A program made the translations under genes and the position numbers. Shown here piece after piece: positions 31,712 through 42,496 of a stretch of DNA of 64,000 nt (position 1 is its first letter; every line of letters begins with the position of its first letter). This DNA comes from Minisyncoccota bacterium. GTDB taxonomy: Bacteria; Patescibacteriota; Minisyncoccia; JBAYJV01. Location: NCBI GenBank assembly GCA_041664925.1, contig JBAYJV010000003.1, positions 21,179 through 85,178 on the forward strand. Reading direction: 5' to 3'. Under the pieces are notes generated by a model. That model saw only the letters and a program-made list of their open reading frames with translations, had not been told where the DNA came from and searched no databases.

Positions 31712-32356
31712 ATGACAGATCGAAGAGTTGTGCAAACGGGAAGGTACCATGGAGAGTTGTTGGATGCTTTGACTTTCGTTGAGCAACTCAACGCAGGGGG
31801 GTGGGTTGCCTCGGCGGGTATACCATGGAAGCTTCAGGAGCTTCCGGTAACCAAAGCGTCGCTTAGCGGAGAGACATTGAAGATTGAAGTTGGAGGGCAC
31901 AGTTTTGAGCTTCCGAGCGATCGCATTCTCCTTGTCGATCCTTGGACTGTCAAGGTTCTTCATACAGTCATGCGGAGACAACAGCGCAAGATGATCGACG
32001 GTGGTGGTTGGCACGAAGTGCCTGGTATAGGGGTTGCTTTTAGTGTGCGGAATCCTGCACTTGAAGAGAGTATCCGCAGGGTTCGAGATGAGAAGGCTCG
32101 ACGCGAAGAAGAAGAGCGACAGCGCCGCGAAGCTGCAGAGCACGAAGCAAAGCGCCAGGAGTTTGTCGCGCGACTCACGCAAGACTTTGTTGGCAAGAAG
32201 CTGGCAAGAATCGATGTTGTCGGCGAAGATCTCCATCTCGAGTTCGATGATGGTTCTAAGTTGTCGATCGAGCTTGCCGGTGGAGATACATATGACGCGT
32301 GGATCGATGTGAACGGAATCTCACTTCATTGTTTCAAAGCCGACACTTATCGTTGA
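31712..32356 (+). CDS. Hypothetical protein with central coiled coil
   Basis: AAGGAGG SD; family promoter and terminator. Confidence 0.65.
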   Translation: MTDRRVVQTGRYHGELLDALTFVEQLNAGGWVASAGIPWKLQELPVTKASLSGETLKIEVGGHSFELPSDRILLVDPWTVKVLHTVMRRQQRKMIDGGGWHEVPGIGVAFSVRNPALEESIRRVRDEKARREEEERQRREAAEHEAKRQEFVARLTQDFVGKKLARIDVVGEDLHLEFDDGSKLSIELAGGDTYDAWIDVNGISLHCFKADTYR

Positions 32357-32594
32357 GTTTTCGCAAATCAAAGTGGTGGGCGGTCAGAGGATCGCCCATC
32401 TTTTTTATGGCAAAAACACCATTTTGCTTGATTTTTGGAGTGAGGTGTGGTATAATAGGGAGTGAGAAGAGAGTTGGGATTTATGCAATACCTCTTGGCA
32501 ATGATGTGGTTGGAATGTAAAAATTCTTACTAGATCGCTGCCAAGATGGTAGCTTCCGGTGAAGTACCGGAGAATCCCGAGATGGGAGGAAACC

Positions 32595-32996
32595 GTGACG
32601 CAAAGAAAGAGTGGACAAGAGATTCTTCTCTCTAAGTCAGTCTGTTTTGCCTTGGAAATGGTACGCATCTGCCTGTGGCAAGTGCCGACGGGAGTTTATC
32701 TTCTCAATGGACCATGGATGCAGATGAATATGGCGTCCAGCCTTATGGGGAACGAAAACCATGGATGTCGGCTTGTAACATTTTCAATTCTTGTCCATCC
32801 AAACACTCGCATCAGTGCTACCTGCAATGTTCGTTGTGTGAGTGGTGAATGGAGGACGGGTACGGTCGAGATCTGGCTGCTTGATGCCGAAGGCAAAAGG
32901 CGGGATGATAAGCGCTGGAAGTTCGATTGTCGATTCAACGAGAACGGCGATGGCGGGTGGAATATCCGTTGGTTGGATCCAATCAAGAGTCAGTAG
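32595..32996 (+). CDS. Hypothetical protein behind three-hairpin leader
   Basis: GGGAGG SD then GTG 32595 in frame with the ORF track; terminator 33008-33044. Confidence 0.55.
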   Translation: MTQRKSGQEILLSKSVCFALEMVRICLWQVPTGVYLLNGPWMQMNMASSLMGNENHGCRLVTFSILVHPNTRISATCNVRCVSGEWRTGTVEIWLLDAEGKRRDDKRWKFDCRFNENGDGGWNIRWLDPIKSQ

Positions 32997-33303
32997 GAGT
33001 AAGAAGTGCGGCTCGGCGACAGAGGTTGCCGGGCCGTTTTTTTTGTCTAAAAAGGCAAAAAAAGTTTTTTATTTTAGGAGAAAATTAGATATAATGGCAT
33101 ATATAATGTAATTTCAAATTTTAAAATCCAAATTACAAACACGGGATTCTTCCCCTGTACCATACGGTACAGGGTCAGAATGACCCTCCTTCGCCCATCC
33201 TTCGTTAAAACTACGGATTGGCAAGCAAGACTACGGAAGGGCGAGGCAATAATTTCTGGATTTCTGCTTTCGCAGGAATGACACAATATATATAAATAAA
33301 ATT

Positions 33304-33810
33304 ATGGAAGAAGAAAATACTTCGACAAGCTCAGTACAAGTTGCTTCGACAAGCTCAGCACAAGTTGAAAATACAGAAGATATGGGGGATATAAGAGAGA
33401 AGAGGGATACGGGAGTAGCTCTTGGACAAGACTCAGGGCAAGTGGTTGAGGAAATACAAGTTGAATCGCAAGCAGATTCATCGCAACCATCTTCGCCTGA
33501 AATTACTGAGCCGGTTTTGCCGACGGTTCAGGTTGAGGAGACGCCAGTTGTTGCGCCGACGCAAAGCGCGAATTTTGATTTGCAAGGATTGGCAGAAAAA
33601 ATGAAGGCGGCGATTTTTGGAAGACGCGAGAAAAAATTGGCGAAAATTTTAGATTATTTGAATGCGAATGGGAAAATTAAAAATGAGGAGATTAGAAAAT
33701 TAGTCAGAGTTTCCAGCGCAACCGCTACGAGATATATGAATATTTTAGAAGAAAGAAAACAAGTTGAACAAATTAGAACAAAAAGACATGCTTTTTATAA
33801 GAAAATTTGA
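33304..33810 (+). CDS. Low-complexity N-terminus plus C-terminal winged-helix DNA-binding domain
   Basis: KILDYLNANGKIKNEEIRKLVRVSSATATRYMNILE. Confidence 0.7.
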   Translation: MEEENTSTSSVQVASTSSAQVENTEDMGDIREKRDTGVALGQDSGQVVEEIQVESQADSSQPSSPEITEPVLPTVQVEETPVVAPTQSANFDLQGLAEKMKAAIFGRREKKLAKILDYLNANGKIKNEEIRKLVRVSSATATRYMNILEERKQVEQIRTKRHAFYKKI

Positions 33811-34141
33811 GATAGCTCTATGGCTCACATTGCGGGTTTGAATGGAGATTTCTATGGCTCAAATGGAAGAAATGAGCCATAGGGTGAGCCATTAAAAATA
33901 TAATAGAATATAGAAGTTAGAAGATAGAGGATAGAAGATAGAATAATTACAAACATCAAACATTAAATACGGGATGACATTTTTGTCCCCGGCGAGCCGG
34001 GGCCTCATAAAACCAATGATTCTCTCGCCTTTGGCGGATCATCAGGTTTTATGGGTTGTCCTCTTGTTATCTGGGGGCGTTTACTGGTAAAATAGGAACA
34101 GGTTTGCGTTTTGTTATTTACTTGATTTGTGTTTTATTAAC

Positions 34142-34624
34142 ATGGGATTTTTAGATAAGATATTTGCAATGTTTAAAAAAGAATCGCCGATCGAAGGCAG
34201 TATTGATGGCGGTCCGATTGTGACGGGTGGCAGCGCTGATGGAGCGGAAATTGTTGGCGATCAAGGCGCAGCGAAAACCGTTGATTTTCCGGAGCAACCG
34301 GTGCAGCCTGGGAAACCGGAACAATCTGAGCAGTCTGAGCAACCTGAGCAGCCGAAAGAGGATGTTGTGGATATGGCGGGAGGGGCGGTTGGTGACGAGG
34401 CAGGGGTTATTGCGGAAAAACCTGTTGAACCTGAAACGGTTGAAAAAGAAGTAGCTAGTGTTGAGGTAGAACCGTTGGAAAAAGTAGAAGAAGTTAAGCA
34501 AGCTCCGGTATCAAATCCAGCGACTTCGATCGAAGAGTTGGAAGCGAAGATTGGGACTGGCGCAGAACCAGAGATTATGGCTCAAGAGGGCGGGCCAGAG
34601 GAAATGGATAAACCGGAAGAATAA
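34142..34624 (+). CDS. Acidic low-complexity protein
   Basis: MGFLDKIF..., E/Q/P-rich. Confidence 0.55.
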   Translation: MGFLDKIFAMFKKESPIEGSIDGGPIVTGGSADGAEIVGDQGAAKTVDFPEQPVQPGKPEQSEQSEQPEQPKEDVVDMAGGAVGDEAGVIAEKPVEPETVEKEVASVEVEPLEKVEEVKQAPVSNPATSIEELEAKIGTGAEPEIMAQEGGPEEMDKPEE

Positions 34625-34747
34625 TTTGTTTTGTTATATTAAATTAAAAAAATGATTAAATTAAAAAAAGCCAATCATGGCGCACGACCGGCATTAAGAA
34701 AAGCCCTTAAAAAGCACAAGAGAAAATAATATTAATTAAAATATATT

Positions 34748-35209
34748 ATGCCTGAAGATAAATTAAAAACACAGGAGGGAGTTGATAAATCCAAAGATTT
34801 GGAAAGAAATGTTTTAGTAGAACCAATCGGCGAAGGAGTTGTTGTTGAAAAAGAAATTAGCCCAGAAGAAGCAAGAGAAAAAGAGAGAATAACAGAAAAA
34901 AGAAAAGAAGCGATTAGAAAAACTGTTGAGGAAAAAGAAGTTGGCGAGGAACAGAGAGAAACAATTGATGAGATAAAAAAAGAAGCGCGAAAATCGGGAA
35001 CTTGGGAGGTTTTTAATGATGACCAAATCGTAGAAAGGCTAATTTTAGCGATAAAAGATGACGATAATCGCCATAATTTAGAAAATGCTTTGCAAGCAGC
35101 AAGAGAAATGGGAGAATCTGTGTTCGATAATTTAATTGGCGAACTTGCGGGCAATGACGAAGTTTGGGAAATCTTAAAAGAAAAAGGATACATAGATTAT
35201 CCTGAATAA
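34748..35209 (+). CDS. Hypothetical protein upstream of coupling-protein-like ATPase
   Basis: Charged 153-aa ORF, likely co-transcribed. Confidence 0.6.
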   Translation: MPEDKLKTQEGVDKSKDLERNVLVEPIGEGVVVEKEISPEEAREKERITEKRKEAIRKTVEEKEVGEEQRETIDEIKKEARKSGTWEVFNDDQIVERLILAIKDDDNRHNLENALQAAREMGESVFDNLIGELAGNDEVWEILKEKGYIDYPE

Positions 35210-35224
35210 TAATTAGGTATTTTT

Positions 35225-37648
35225 ATGGAGAAATTCTTTTTTGGAGCTGTTTTTGTGATTGTTATTGGCGCTTTGTTTTTTGCTGGGCGGATTATTTTCA
35301 AAAAAAGAAAGAAGGGACACCTGGGAAATCTCTTGGGAATGTCTCTTTTTTTAATTAGGCTACCGAAAAACGAAAGAAAACTTAAAGAGGGCGAGACGAG
35401 CAGGGATTTTCGCGAAAAAATTGGTGCGATTGAACAATTTTATGCGAGTTTTTCAGGTTTGACTCGCAAGGGATGGAAAAAGTTTATTTATGGGTTACCC
35501 AGAATAACAGTTGAGATAGCTAATACAATTCAACAAGAAGAAGTCGGTTTTTATATTTCTGTGCCAAAGGGACTCGAGGCTCAAGCCAAGAAACATCTTC
35601 AGGGAATTTATCCGGAAGCTGAAATCGATCGCTGCGAAAAAGATTATAATCCATTTGTTCCTCAAGGAGAATCGGCTGGAGGGTATTTTGTTTTGAGAAA
35701 AGATATTTTATTGCCCTTGAATACTTATACAAATCTCAAAATTGATCCATTAGCGCAAATCACCAATACGCTTAGCAATATTTTTCCAGAAGAAGGAGCG
35801 GCGGTTCAACTGGTGATCAGGCCAGCTAATAATAAATGGAATGAAAAAGCCAAAGAAGCGGTCAAACAACTAGGCGAAGGCAAGAAATTTTCGGATATAA
35901 AAAAAGGCATGAATATACCTGCTGGACTTGGAAGCGAATTTAAAAAACTTGTAACCATGGAGAATAAAGATGAAGAAGAAAAGGTTCAAAGAGTTGATGA
36001 GACTACTCTGGAATTGGTAAAGAATAAATCCCAAAAAACATTATTCGAAGCAAATATTAGAATTGTAGCATCATCACAAGATAAGATGTCTGTCAAGAGA
36101 ATTCTCGATGCTTTGGTCGCAGCTTTTGGTCAATATGATTTGAATCAGGGAAATTCTTTGGAATTTATCAATCTTAAGAAAAAACCATTGAAGCAGATGT
36201 TTTATAATTTTAGTCTGCGATTTTTTGATACGAAAAAAATAGTTATTTTGAATGCGGAAGAATTGGCAAGCATTTTTCATTTATCGATTGAAAATCTTAG
36301 AACGCCAAAGATAAAAACCCTAAAAACCGCGAAGGCGCCTATACCTGTCGAACTTCCCGATGCTGGACCAGTTATTTTGGGTGAGGCAACATTTAGAGAA
36401 GAAACGAAAAAAGTTTATTTTGCGACCGATAACGATCGCCGCAGACATTTTTATATTATTGGACAAACCGGTACTGGTAAAACATCTCTCTTAAAAGAAA
36501 TGATCCGTCAAGATATTGAGGCTGGTCGGGGCGTTGGTGTGGTTGATCCTCACGGAGATTTGATTGAAGATACGCTATCGAATATTCCGCTTCATCGCCG
36601 AGACGATGTCGTTCTATTTGAACCATTTAATACGGAAAATCCAGTGGGACTAAATATGCTTGAATATGACACAGAGGAACAAAAAGATTTTGCGGTTCAG
36701 GAAATGGTTGCGATTTTCCAAAAACTTTTCCCGCCAGAAATGATCGGGCCGATGTTCGAACATTATATGAGAAATGCGATGTTGGCGCTAATGGCTGACA
36801 AAGATGATCCGGGAACGCTAGTCGAAATTCCAAGAATCTTTACCGATGATTTATACATGGAAGAACGACTAGCTAAAGTTAAAGATTTGGTAGTGAGGCA
36901 ATTCTGGGAAAAAGAATGGAAGAAAACAACAGGACAAACCAGATCTGATATGCTTGGCTATGTTGTCTCCAAAGTTGGCCGATTTGTCGAAAATGCGATG
37001 ATGCGCAACATTATTGGTCAAGCGCATTCGGGTGTCAACTTGTCCGACATCATGGACAAAGGAAAAATCTTTCTGGCGAATCTTTCCAAAGGTCAAACTG
37101 GCGAGGTTAATAGTTCTTTGCTTGGACTTATTCTTGTCAGTAAATGTCAAATGGCAGCCATGAGGCGAGGCAATATTCCGGAAGATCAAAGACGAGATTT
37201 TTACTTGTATGCCGATGAGTTTCAAAACTTTACCACCGATTCAATTCCGACGATTTTATCAGAGGCTCGCAAATATAGACTCAATCTAATTTTATCTCAT
37301 CAATTTATTGCCCAACTTCAAGACAATATCAAAGACGCGGTCTTCGGGAATGTCGGCTCAATTTTATCGTTCAGAGTTGGCGTTGAGGACGGCGAGAGAT
37401 TGGAAAAGCAATTTGAGCCGGATTTTACAAGACAAGACATCATCAATCTGCCAAACTACGAGGCGATTATAAAACTGATGATTAATGGCCAAGTCAGCTC
37501 GTCTTTCCGCATGAAAACCACTGCGCCCAAGATTGGCGACAGAGCTCAAATCCAAGCAATTAAAGATATTTCAAAATTAAAATATGGAAGAAAAAAGGAA
37601 GAAGTTGAAAAAGATATTGCCAGGAGGGCAAAGTTAGGAAGTTTATAA
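35225..37648 (+). CDS. VirD4/TraG-like (HerA/DUF87) membrane-anchored ATPase
   Basis: N-terminal TM; RRHFYIIGQTGTGKT Walker A; VVDPHGD; LYADEFQNF; SEARKY. Confidence 0.88.
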   Translation: MEKFFFGAVFVIVIGALFFAGRIIFKKRKKGHLGNLLGMSLFLIRLPKNERKLKEGETSRDFREKIGAIEQFYASFSGLTRKGWKKFIYGLPRITVEIANTIQQEEVGFYISVPKGLEAQAKKHLQGIYPEAEIDRCEKDYNPFVPQGESAGGYFVLRKDILLPLNTYTNLKIDPLAQITNTLSNIFPEEGAAVQLVIRPANNKWNEKAKEAVKQLGEGKKFSDIKKGMNIPAGLGSEFKKLVTMENKDEEEKVQRVDETTLELVKNKSQKTLFEANIRIVASSQDKMSVKRILDALVAAFGQYDLNQGNSLEFINLKKKPLKQMFYNFSLRFFDTKKIVILNAEELASIFHLSIENLRTPKIKTLKTAKAPIPVELPDAGPVILGEATFREETKKVYFATDNDRRRHFYIIGQTGTGKTSLLKEMIRQDIEAGRGVGVVDPHGDLIEDTLSNIPLHRRDDVVLFEPFNTENPVGLNMLEYDTEEQKDFAVQEMVAIFQKLFPPEMIGPMFEHYMRNAMLALMADKDDPGTLVEIPRIFTDDLYMEERLAKVKDLVVRQFWEKEWKKTTGQTRSDMLGYVVSKVGRFVENAMMRNIIGQAHSGVNLSDIMDKGKIFLANLSKGQTGEVNSSLLGLILVSKCQMAAMRRGNIPEDQRRDFYLYADEFQNFTTDSIPTILSEARKYRLNLILSHQFIAQLQDNIKDAVFGNVGSILSFRVGVEDGERLEKQFEPDFTRQDIINLPNYEAIIKLMINGQVSSSFRMKTTAPKIGDRAQIQAIKDISKLKYGRKKEEVEKDIARRAKLGSL

Positions 37649-37667
37649 TAAATTTTAAAATAAAATC

Positions 37668-38177
37668 ATGCCATCACCAGAACAATTCGGATTAAGGACA
37701 ATCGAAACACAAGGAAGTTTTCATGAGGTTGAACGCGAAAGGTCATTCGGTAGTGCTGCCGAAGATCTTTTTATTGAAGCGCTAAGAAATCATCCGGCCA
37801 TTGATAAAGTTGAACATGCCTCGAGAGAAGATGATGAAGTGGGAAAAACTGACATTTTAGTTTATTTTAAAGGAGAATCAGGGCCGATAAAAGTGCAATT
37901 ATTCGCTGGAAAAAACGAAGAAATTTTAGACAAAAAAGAAACAACCTTGCCAAGGGGGGTCACCTTGGTTCATGACAAAGGAACACTATCAAGAGCGCTA
38001 AGAAGAAGCGGCGACGATTGGTCAGAAAATGGCATCAGAAATGCGGCTGCATCTTTAGGTCAGCATGAAATAAGCGAGCTCTTTGGTCAAATTCTTGATG
38101 GCATGCCAAGAAATGAAAGGGCGGCTTTATTAATGAGACTACAAGGACGGCTCACAACAAGGACATCAAAAAACTAG
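37668..38177 (+). CDS. Hypothetical protein, possible PD-(D/E)xK-like fold
   Basis: EDDEVGKTDILV..IKVQL pattern. Confidence 0.5.
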   Translation: MPSPEQFGLRTIETQGSFHEVERERSFGSAAEDLFIEALRNHPAIDKVEHASREDDEVGKTDILVYFKGESGPIKVQLFAGKNEEILDKKETTLPRGVTLVHDKGTLSRALRRSGDDWSENGIRNAAASLGQHEISELFGQILDGMPRNERAALLMRLQGRLTTRTSKN

Positions 38178-38205
38178 TCAGCCCTGGGTTGACTAGTTTT
38201 GTGGT

Positions 38206-38367
38206 TTATCCACCAATTTTTACTCGTAGTGCTGCGCCTCCCTTTGTATCAATTACGAAAGATCCGTCTTTTCTTTCAGAGATGCCTCTGATTTTTTCTC
38301 CATCTACAAGACTGCCATCTGTCACAATCTTACGAAGTCTTTCAATCAACTCTTCTTTGCTTGCCAT
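38206..38367 (-). CDS. Small hypothetical protein
   Basis: AAGGAGG SD before ATG 38367; TTGACA promoter. Confidence 0.5.
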   Translation of the reverse strand: MASKEELIERLRKIVTDGSLVDGEKIRGISERKDGSFVIDTKGGAALRVKIGG

Positions 38368-38877
38368 TTCGTCCTCCTTGTTTTGACGAAAAGAACTTAC
38401 TATAACACTAGCATACAAACATCCCTTTGTCAATACTTATATCGATATATCGGAGGCTAAGCCTTCGATTTTTTTGTTAAAAAGAATAAAATTACCCAAA
38501 ACCCTTGCATTTTAATATTAATTGTGGTATAATAGGTAATGAAAGAAGGTTAGGGTTCAGCAACTCAAAAGTACTCAAACATCAAGCAAGAAGGAGGAAG
38601 TACGAAAGCACTAAAATGGGTTCTGATTATCGGCGGCATTGTGGGATTGATCTTCGGAGTTGGTTGCGCATTACTATGGATGGGTGTAGGCGGATAAGAA
38701 GTGCGGTCTGGCGACAGAGGTTGCCGGGCCGTTTTTTTATTAAAATCTGTCGAGGACGGTCCTAGACAGTTTTTATACCCAAAACACTTGCATTTTAGAT
38801 TAAGGTGTGGTATAATAGATAATGAAAGAAGGTTAGGGTTTTCACTCAAAAGCGCTCAAAGAAGGAGGAAGAGAGAA

Positions 38878-39171
38878 ATGATAAAGGCGACCGTTGATCT
38901 TCACGGTTTTGGTGCTAGAGGCAATAATGCAGAGATCATGGCTCAGCAGATTTTCGACGAGTTCGGCGACGATCTCAGGAAGAGTGTGATCGTGGTGCCA
39001 TGCGAATCGCAGCCTCTCAAAGAGGACATGTTCGCAGAGCCATTCGTCAGGGTCTTTGCTGACAGTCCCGAGACTGCGTCAAAGATCAAGAAAGCAATCG
39101 GGCGAGTGAATTTCAAACTCAGCGTTCAGGTGGTGTCCGCTGATTCTGAGTTCTACTCAGCGAGCGATTAG
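38878..39171 (+). CDS. Hypothetical protein (accessory cassette)
   Basis: Family promoter 38788-38816, SD, family terminator 39180-39214. Confidence 0.6.
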   Translation: MIKATVDLHGFGARGNNAEIMAQQIFDEFGDDLRKSVIVVPCESQPLKEDMFAEPFVRVFADSPETASKIKKAIGRVNFKLSVQVVSADSEFYSASD

Positions 39172-39366
39172 TGGAAGTGCGGTCCGGCGACAGAGGTTGC
39201 CGGGCCGTTTTTTTTATTCCCCCGTCAAAAAAAGCATTTTTTTTATTCTCCCGCCAAAAAAATCTGAAGTTCTGTTTCAGATTTTTTTATTCTCCCTGCC
39301 AAAAAAGTATTTTTTTATTCTCCCGTCAAAAAAACACCAAATTATTTATAAACAAAATTAGTTTTT

Positions 39367-40296
39367 TTATTTTAAAAATTCTTTAACTAATTTTTCGGCC
39401 TCTAATAAATCTTCAATCCAATGGATTTCTGAATCGCGCTTGAACCAAGTAATTTGTCGTCTTGCGTACGCATGCGTGGCAAACTTTATTTTCTGAGGCA
39501 ATTCTCTCTCGTTTATTTTTCCATCCAAATATTCTATGACTTGTTTATACCCGATTCCGGAAAACGCTGGCGCAGATTTGGGATATAATTTTAATAGGTT
39601 TTCCACTTCGCTAACCAGTCCATTTTCCATCATTTCATCAACTCTTTTATCAATTCTTTTATAAAGATCTTTTCTCTCTGATTTTATAGCAATTTTTAAA
39701 ACATCAAACAATCTTTCTCCTTTTTTTTGATTTTGAGAAAAAGTTGTATTTCCTAAGAGACAAACTTCAAGGGCGCGCACCAATCGGCGCTTATTATTTT
39801 TATCAATATTTTTCAATGAGTCAGGATCAAATAGTTCCAGTTGTTTTACTAATTCCTCATTACTTTTTTCCTCCAGTTTTTTTCGTAATGCCAAATTTGG
39901 TTTGATTTTAGGAATTTCTAAATTATTAATAAGAGTATCAATATATAAACCAGTACCGCCAACTAAAAATGGCAATTTTTTTTGAGCGATAATTTTTTTT
40001 ATTTCATCAATTGCTAACGATTTAAATTCAGATGAAGAAAAAGTTTTTAGAGCATCTAAAAATTGAACGAGGTAATGGGGAATACCGCTAGAAATATAAA
40101 CATCATTTTTCCATTCGCCCTGAACCAATCCTGAACCAATGACAAAATCGCGATAAATTTGACGCGAATCAACGGAAACAATTTCTCCATCAAATTTTTT
40201 CGCCAGTTTTATCGCCAAATCCGACTTTCCCGACCCCGTCGGCCCCAAAATGGTAATTATTTTTGGCATTATTTTTTGCAACATAAATTCTAACAA
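39367..40296 (-). CDS. miaA: tRNA dimethylallyltransferase
   Basis: GPTGSGKS, DSRQIY, VGGTGLY, RLVRALEV, YARRQITWF. Confidence 0.96.
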   Translation of the reverse strand: MLEFMLQKIMPKIITILGPTGSGKSDLAIKLAKKFDGEIVSVDSRQIYRDFVIGSGLVQGEWKNDVYISSGIPHYLVQFLDALKTFSSSEFKSLAIDEIKKIIAQKKLPFLVGGTGLYIDTLINNLEIPKIKPNLALRKKLEEKSNEELVKQLELFDPDSLKNIDKNNKRRLVRALEVCLLGNTTFSQNQKKGERLFDVLKIAIKSERKDLYKRIDKRVDEMMENGLVSEVENLLKLYPKSAPAFSGIGYKQVIEYLDGKINERELPQKIKFATHAYARRQITWFKRDSEIHWIEDLLEAEKLVKEFLK

Positions 40297-40427
40297 TTAA
40301 AACCTTCAATTTATCGAAGTCCGACTTCGATAAATTTTAACAAAAAACATCAAATTTTCCTATGATTTTAAATATGCTTTATGCTAAAATTAACCTTATT
40401 GTATTATTATAGTTAAATAAACTAATT

Positions 40428-41132
40428 ATGAAAAGGCCAGAATTTTTTTGTAATAAAATATATCATATTTATAACCGCGGCGTTGATAAGAGAAATATAT
40501 TTTTAGACGACATTGATAGATTTCGTTTTATTCACGATTTATTTGAATTCAATGATATTAATCCGGTATTTAATGCTGGTTATAATTTTAGAAACAAATC
40601 TATTGAAGTCGGACTTCAATATATTGATAATAAAAATAAACCGAGAAAATTATTGGTTGAGATTTTGGCTTTTTGTTTAATGCCGAATCATTTTCACTTA
40701 CTTTTGAGACAGAGAAAAGAGAATGGAATTACTGAATTTATGAGAAAATTAGGAACCGGTTATACCAATTATTTTAATCAAAAATATACAAGATCTGGCG
40801 TCTTGTTTCAGGGTAAATTTAAAGCTTTACTAATAGAAAAAGAAACTCATTTTATATATCTTCCACATTATATCCATACAAATCCACTAGACCTGACAGA
40901 TGCTAAGTGGCGACAAGATGGTATTTCAGGCTTAAATAAAATATTAAAGTTTTTAGAAGAATACCGTTGGAGCAGTTTACCCGATTATTTAAATAAGAAA
41001 AATTTTCCTTCAATTACTCAGCGTAATTTTCTTTTAGAAATTTTCGGAGGAGAGAAACAATACAAAAAAGATTTAACAGATATTATAAAAAATGGAAATT
41101 TTGAGGAAATAAAAGATTTAGTTTTTGAATAG
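40428..41132 (+). mobile_element. REP-associated tyrosine transposase, copy 2
   Basis: YHIYNRG, MPNHFHLLL, YRWSS; identical hairpins at 40308-40336 and 41165-41193. Confidence 0.9.
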
Positions 41133-41266
41133 CTCTTGAATATTTAATAACAAAGTTATTACTAAATTTATCGAAGTCCGACTTCGATAAATTAGTTTTT
41201 TTACTAGACTAGCTCATTCTTTCTTTTTTTTTGACAAAGAAATCTTATCTGGTAACATTGTTGTAT

Positions 41267-42496
41267 ATGAAAAATCTTAATAATATTTCACAAGATTTAT
41301 ATAATTTAGTCAAGAGCGAAGAAAAGCGTCAACAAGAGATGATTAGTTTGATCGCTTCGGAAAATTATGTTTCAAAAGCTGTACTTGAAGCAGCAGGTTC
41401 TGTTTTGACAAATAAATATTCTGAAGGCTATCCAGGAAGACGATATTATCCTGGTAATTTTTATATTGATAAAATTGAGGAAGTTTGCAAGGCAAAAGCT
41501 AAGGAAATTTTTGGTCTTGGCGATGATTGGCAAGTCAATGTCCAACCTTACTCTGGCGCTCCTGCCAATTTAGAAGTTTATTTTGCATTGCTTGAGCCAG
41601 GAGAAAAGATTCTATCGCTCAAGCTTTCTCATGGGGGCCACCTAAGCCATGGCCATAAAGTTAATGCCTCGTCCCATTTCTACCAGATTGTTCATTATGG
41701 CGTGAATAGCGAAGGATTAATCGATTACGACGAAGTTGAAAAATTAGCGATTGCAGAAAAACCAAAAATTATTATTTCAGGAGCTACGGCCTATAGCCGA
41801 GAAATTGATTTTAAAAGATTTGGCGAAATTGCTAAAAAAGTTGGCGCTTATCATTTGGCTGACATTTCTCATATTGCCGGATTAATTGTTGCTGGTCTTC
41901 ATCAATCGCCATTTTCTTGTGCTGACATCGTTATGACAACGACTCACAAAACTTTGCGCGGGCCAAGATCAGCAGTTATTTATTCTAAATCAGAAATCGC
42001 AGAAAAAATTGATAAGACGGTTTTCCCCGGTTTCCAGGGCGGACCCCACGAACATATTATTTTAGCTAAAGCGATTGCCTTTGAAGAAGCGCTCAAGCCC
42101 GAGTTTAAAGAATACCAAAAACAAATAATCAAAAATGCCAAAGTTCTAGCCGATGAGCTTATCGTAAAAGGATTCAAGCTTGTTTCAGGCGGCACCGACA
42201 ATCACCTAATCTTAATGGATTTAAGAGGCGTCATTGATGCGTCGGAAGCTGAAAAACTTTTGGAAGAATCAAATATTTTAGCTAATAGAAACACGATTCC
42301 TGATGATCCATCGCCTTTCAAACCATCGGGCCTGCGACTGGGAACGCCTGCCACAACAACACGAGGCATGAAAGAATCAGAAATGAAAATCATCGCTCAA
42401 TTTATCACAAAAATTTTAAAAAAGGAGGGGACACCTTTGGAAATAAAGCCTCAGGTGATTGATCTGTGTAAAAAATTCCCCATCTATGAAAATTAA
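41267..42496 (+). CDS. glyA: Serine hydroxymethyltransferase
   Basis: LIASENY, NKYSEGYPG, TTTHKTLRGPR. Confidence 0.97.
   Translation: MKNLNNISQDLYNLVKSEEKRQQEMISLIASENYVSKAVLEAAGSVLTNKYSEGYPGRRYYPGNFYIDKIEEVCKAKAKEIFGLGDDWQVNVQPYSGAPANLEVYFALLEPGEKILSLKLSHGGHLSHGHKVNASSHFYQIVHYGVNSEGLIDYDEVEKLAIAEKPKIIISGATAYSREIDFKRFGEIAKKVGAYHLADISHIAGLIVAGLHQSPFSCADIVMTTTHKTLRGPRSAVIYSKSEIAEKIDKTVFPGFQGGPHEHIILAKAIAFEEALKPEFKEYQKQIIKNAKVLADELIVKGFKLVSGGTDNHLILMDLRGVIDASEAEKLLEESNILANRNTIPDDPSPFKPSGLRLGTPATTTRGMKESEMKIIAQFITKILKKEGTPLEIKPQVIDLCKKFPIYEN

Noticed and set aside
29296-33044. Prophage or classical integron
   Set aside because: No integrase, structural phage genes or canonical attC sites recognised
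35225-37648. Conjugative element
   Set aside because: Lone VirD4-like ATPase without relaxase or mating-pair genes nearby; such genes are common in CPR chromosomes
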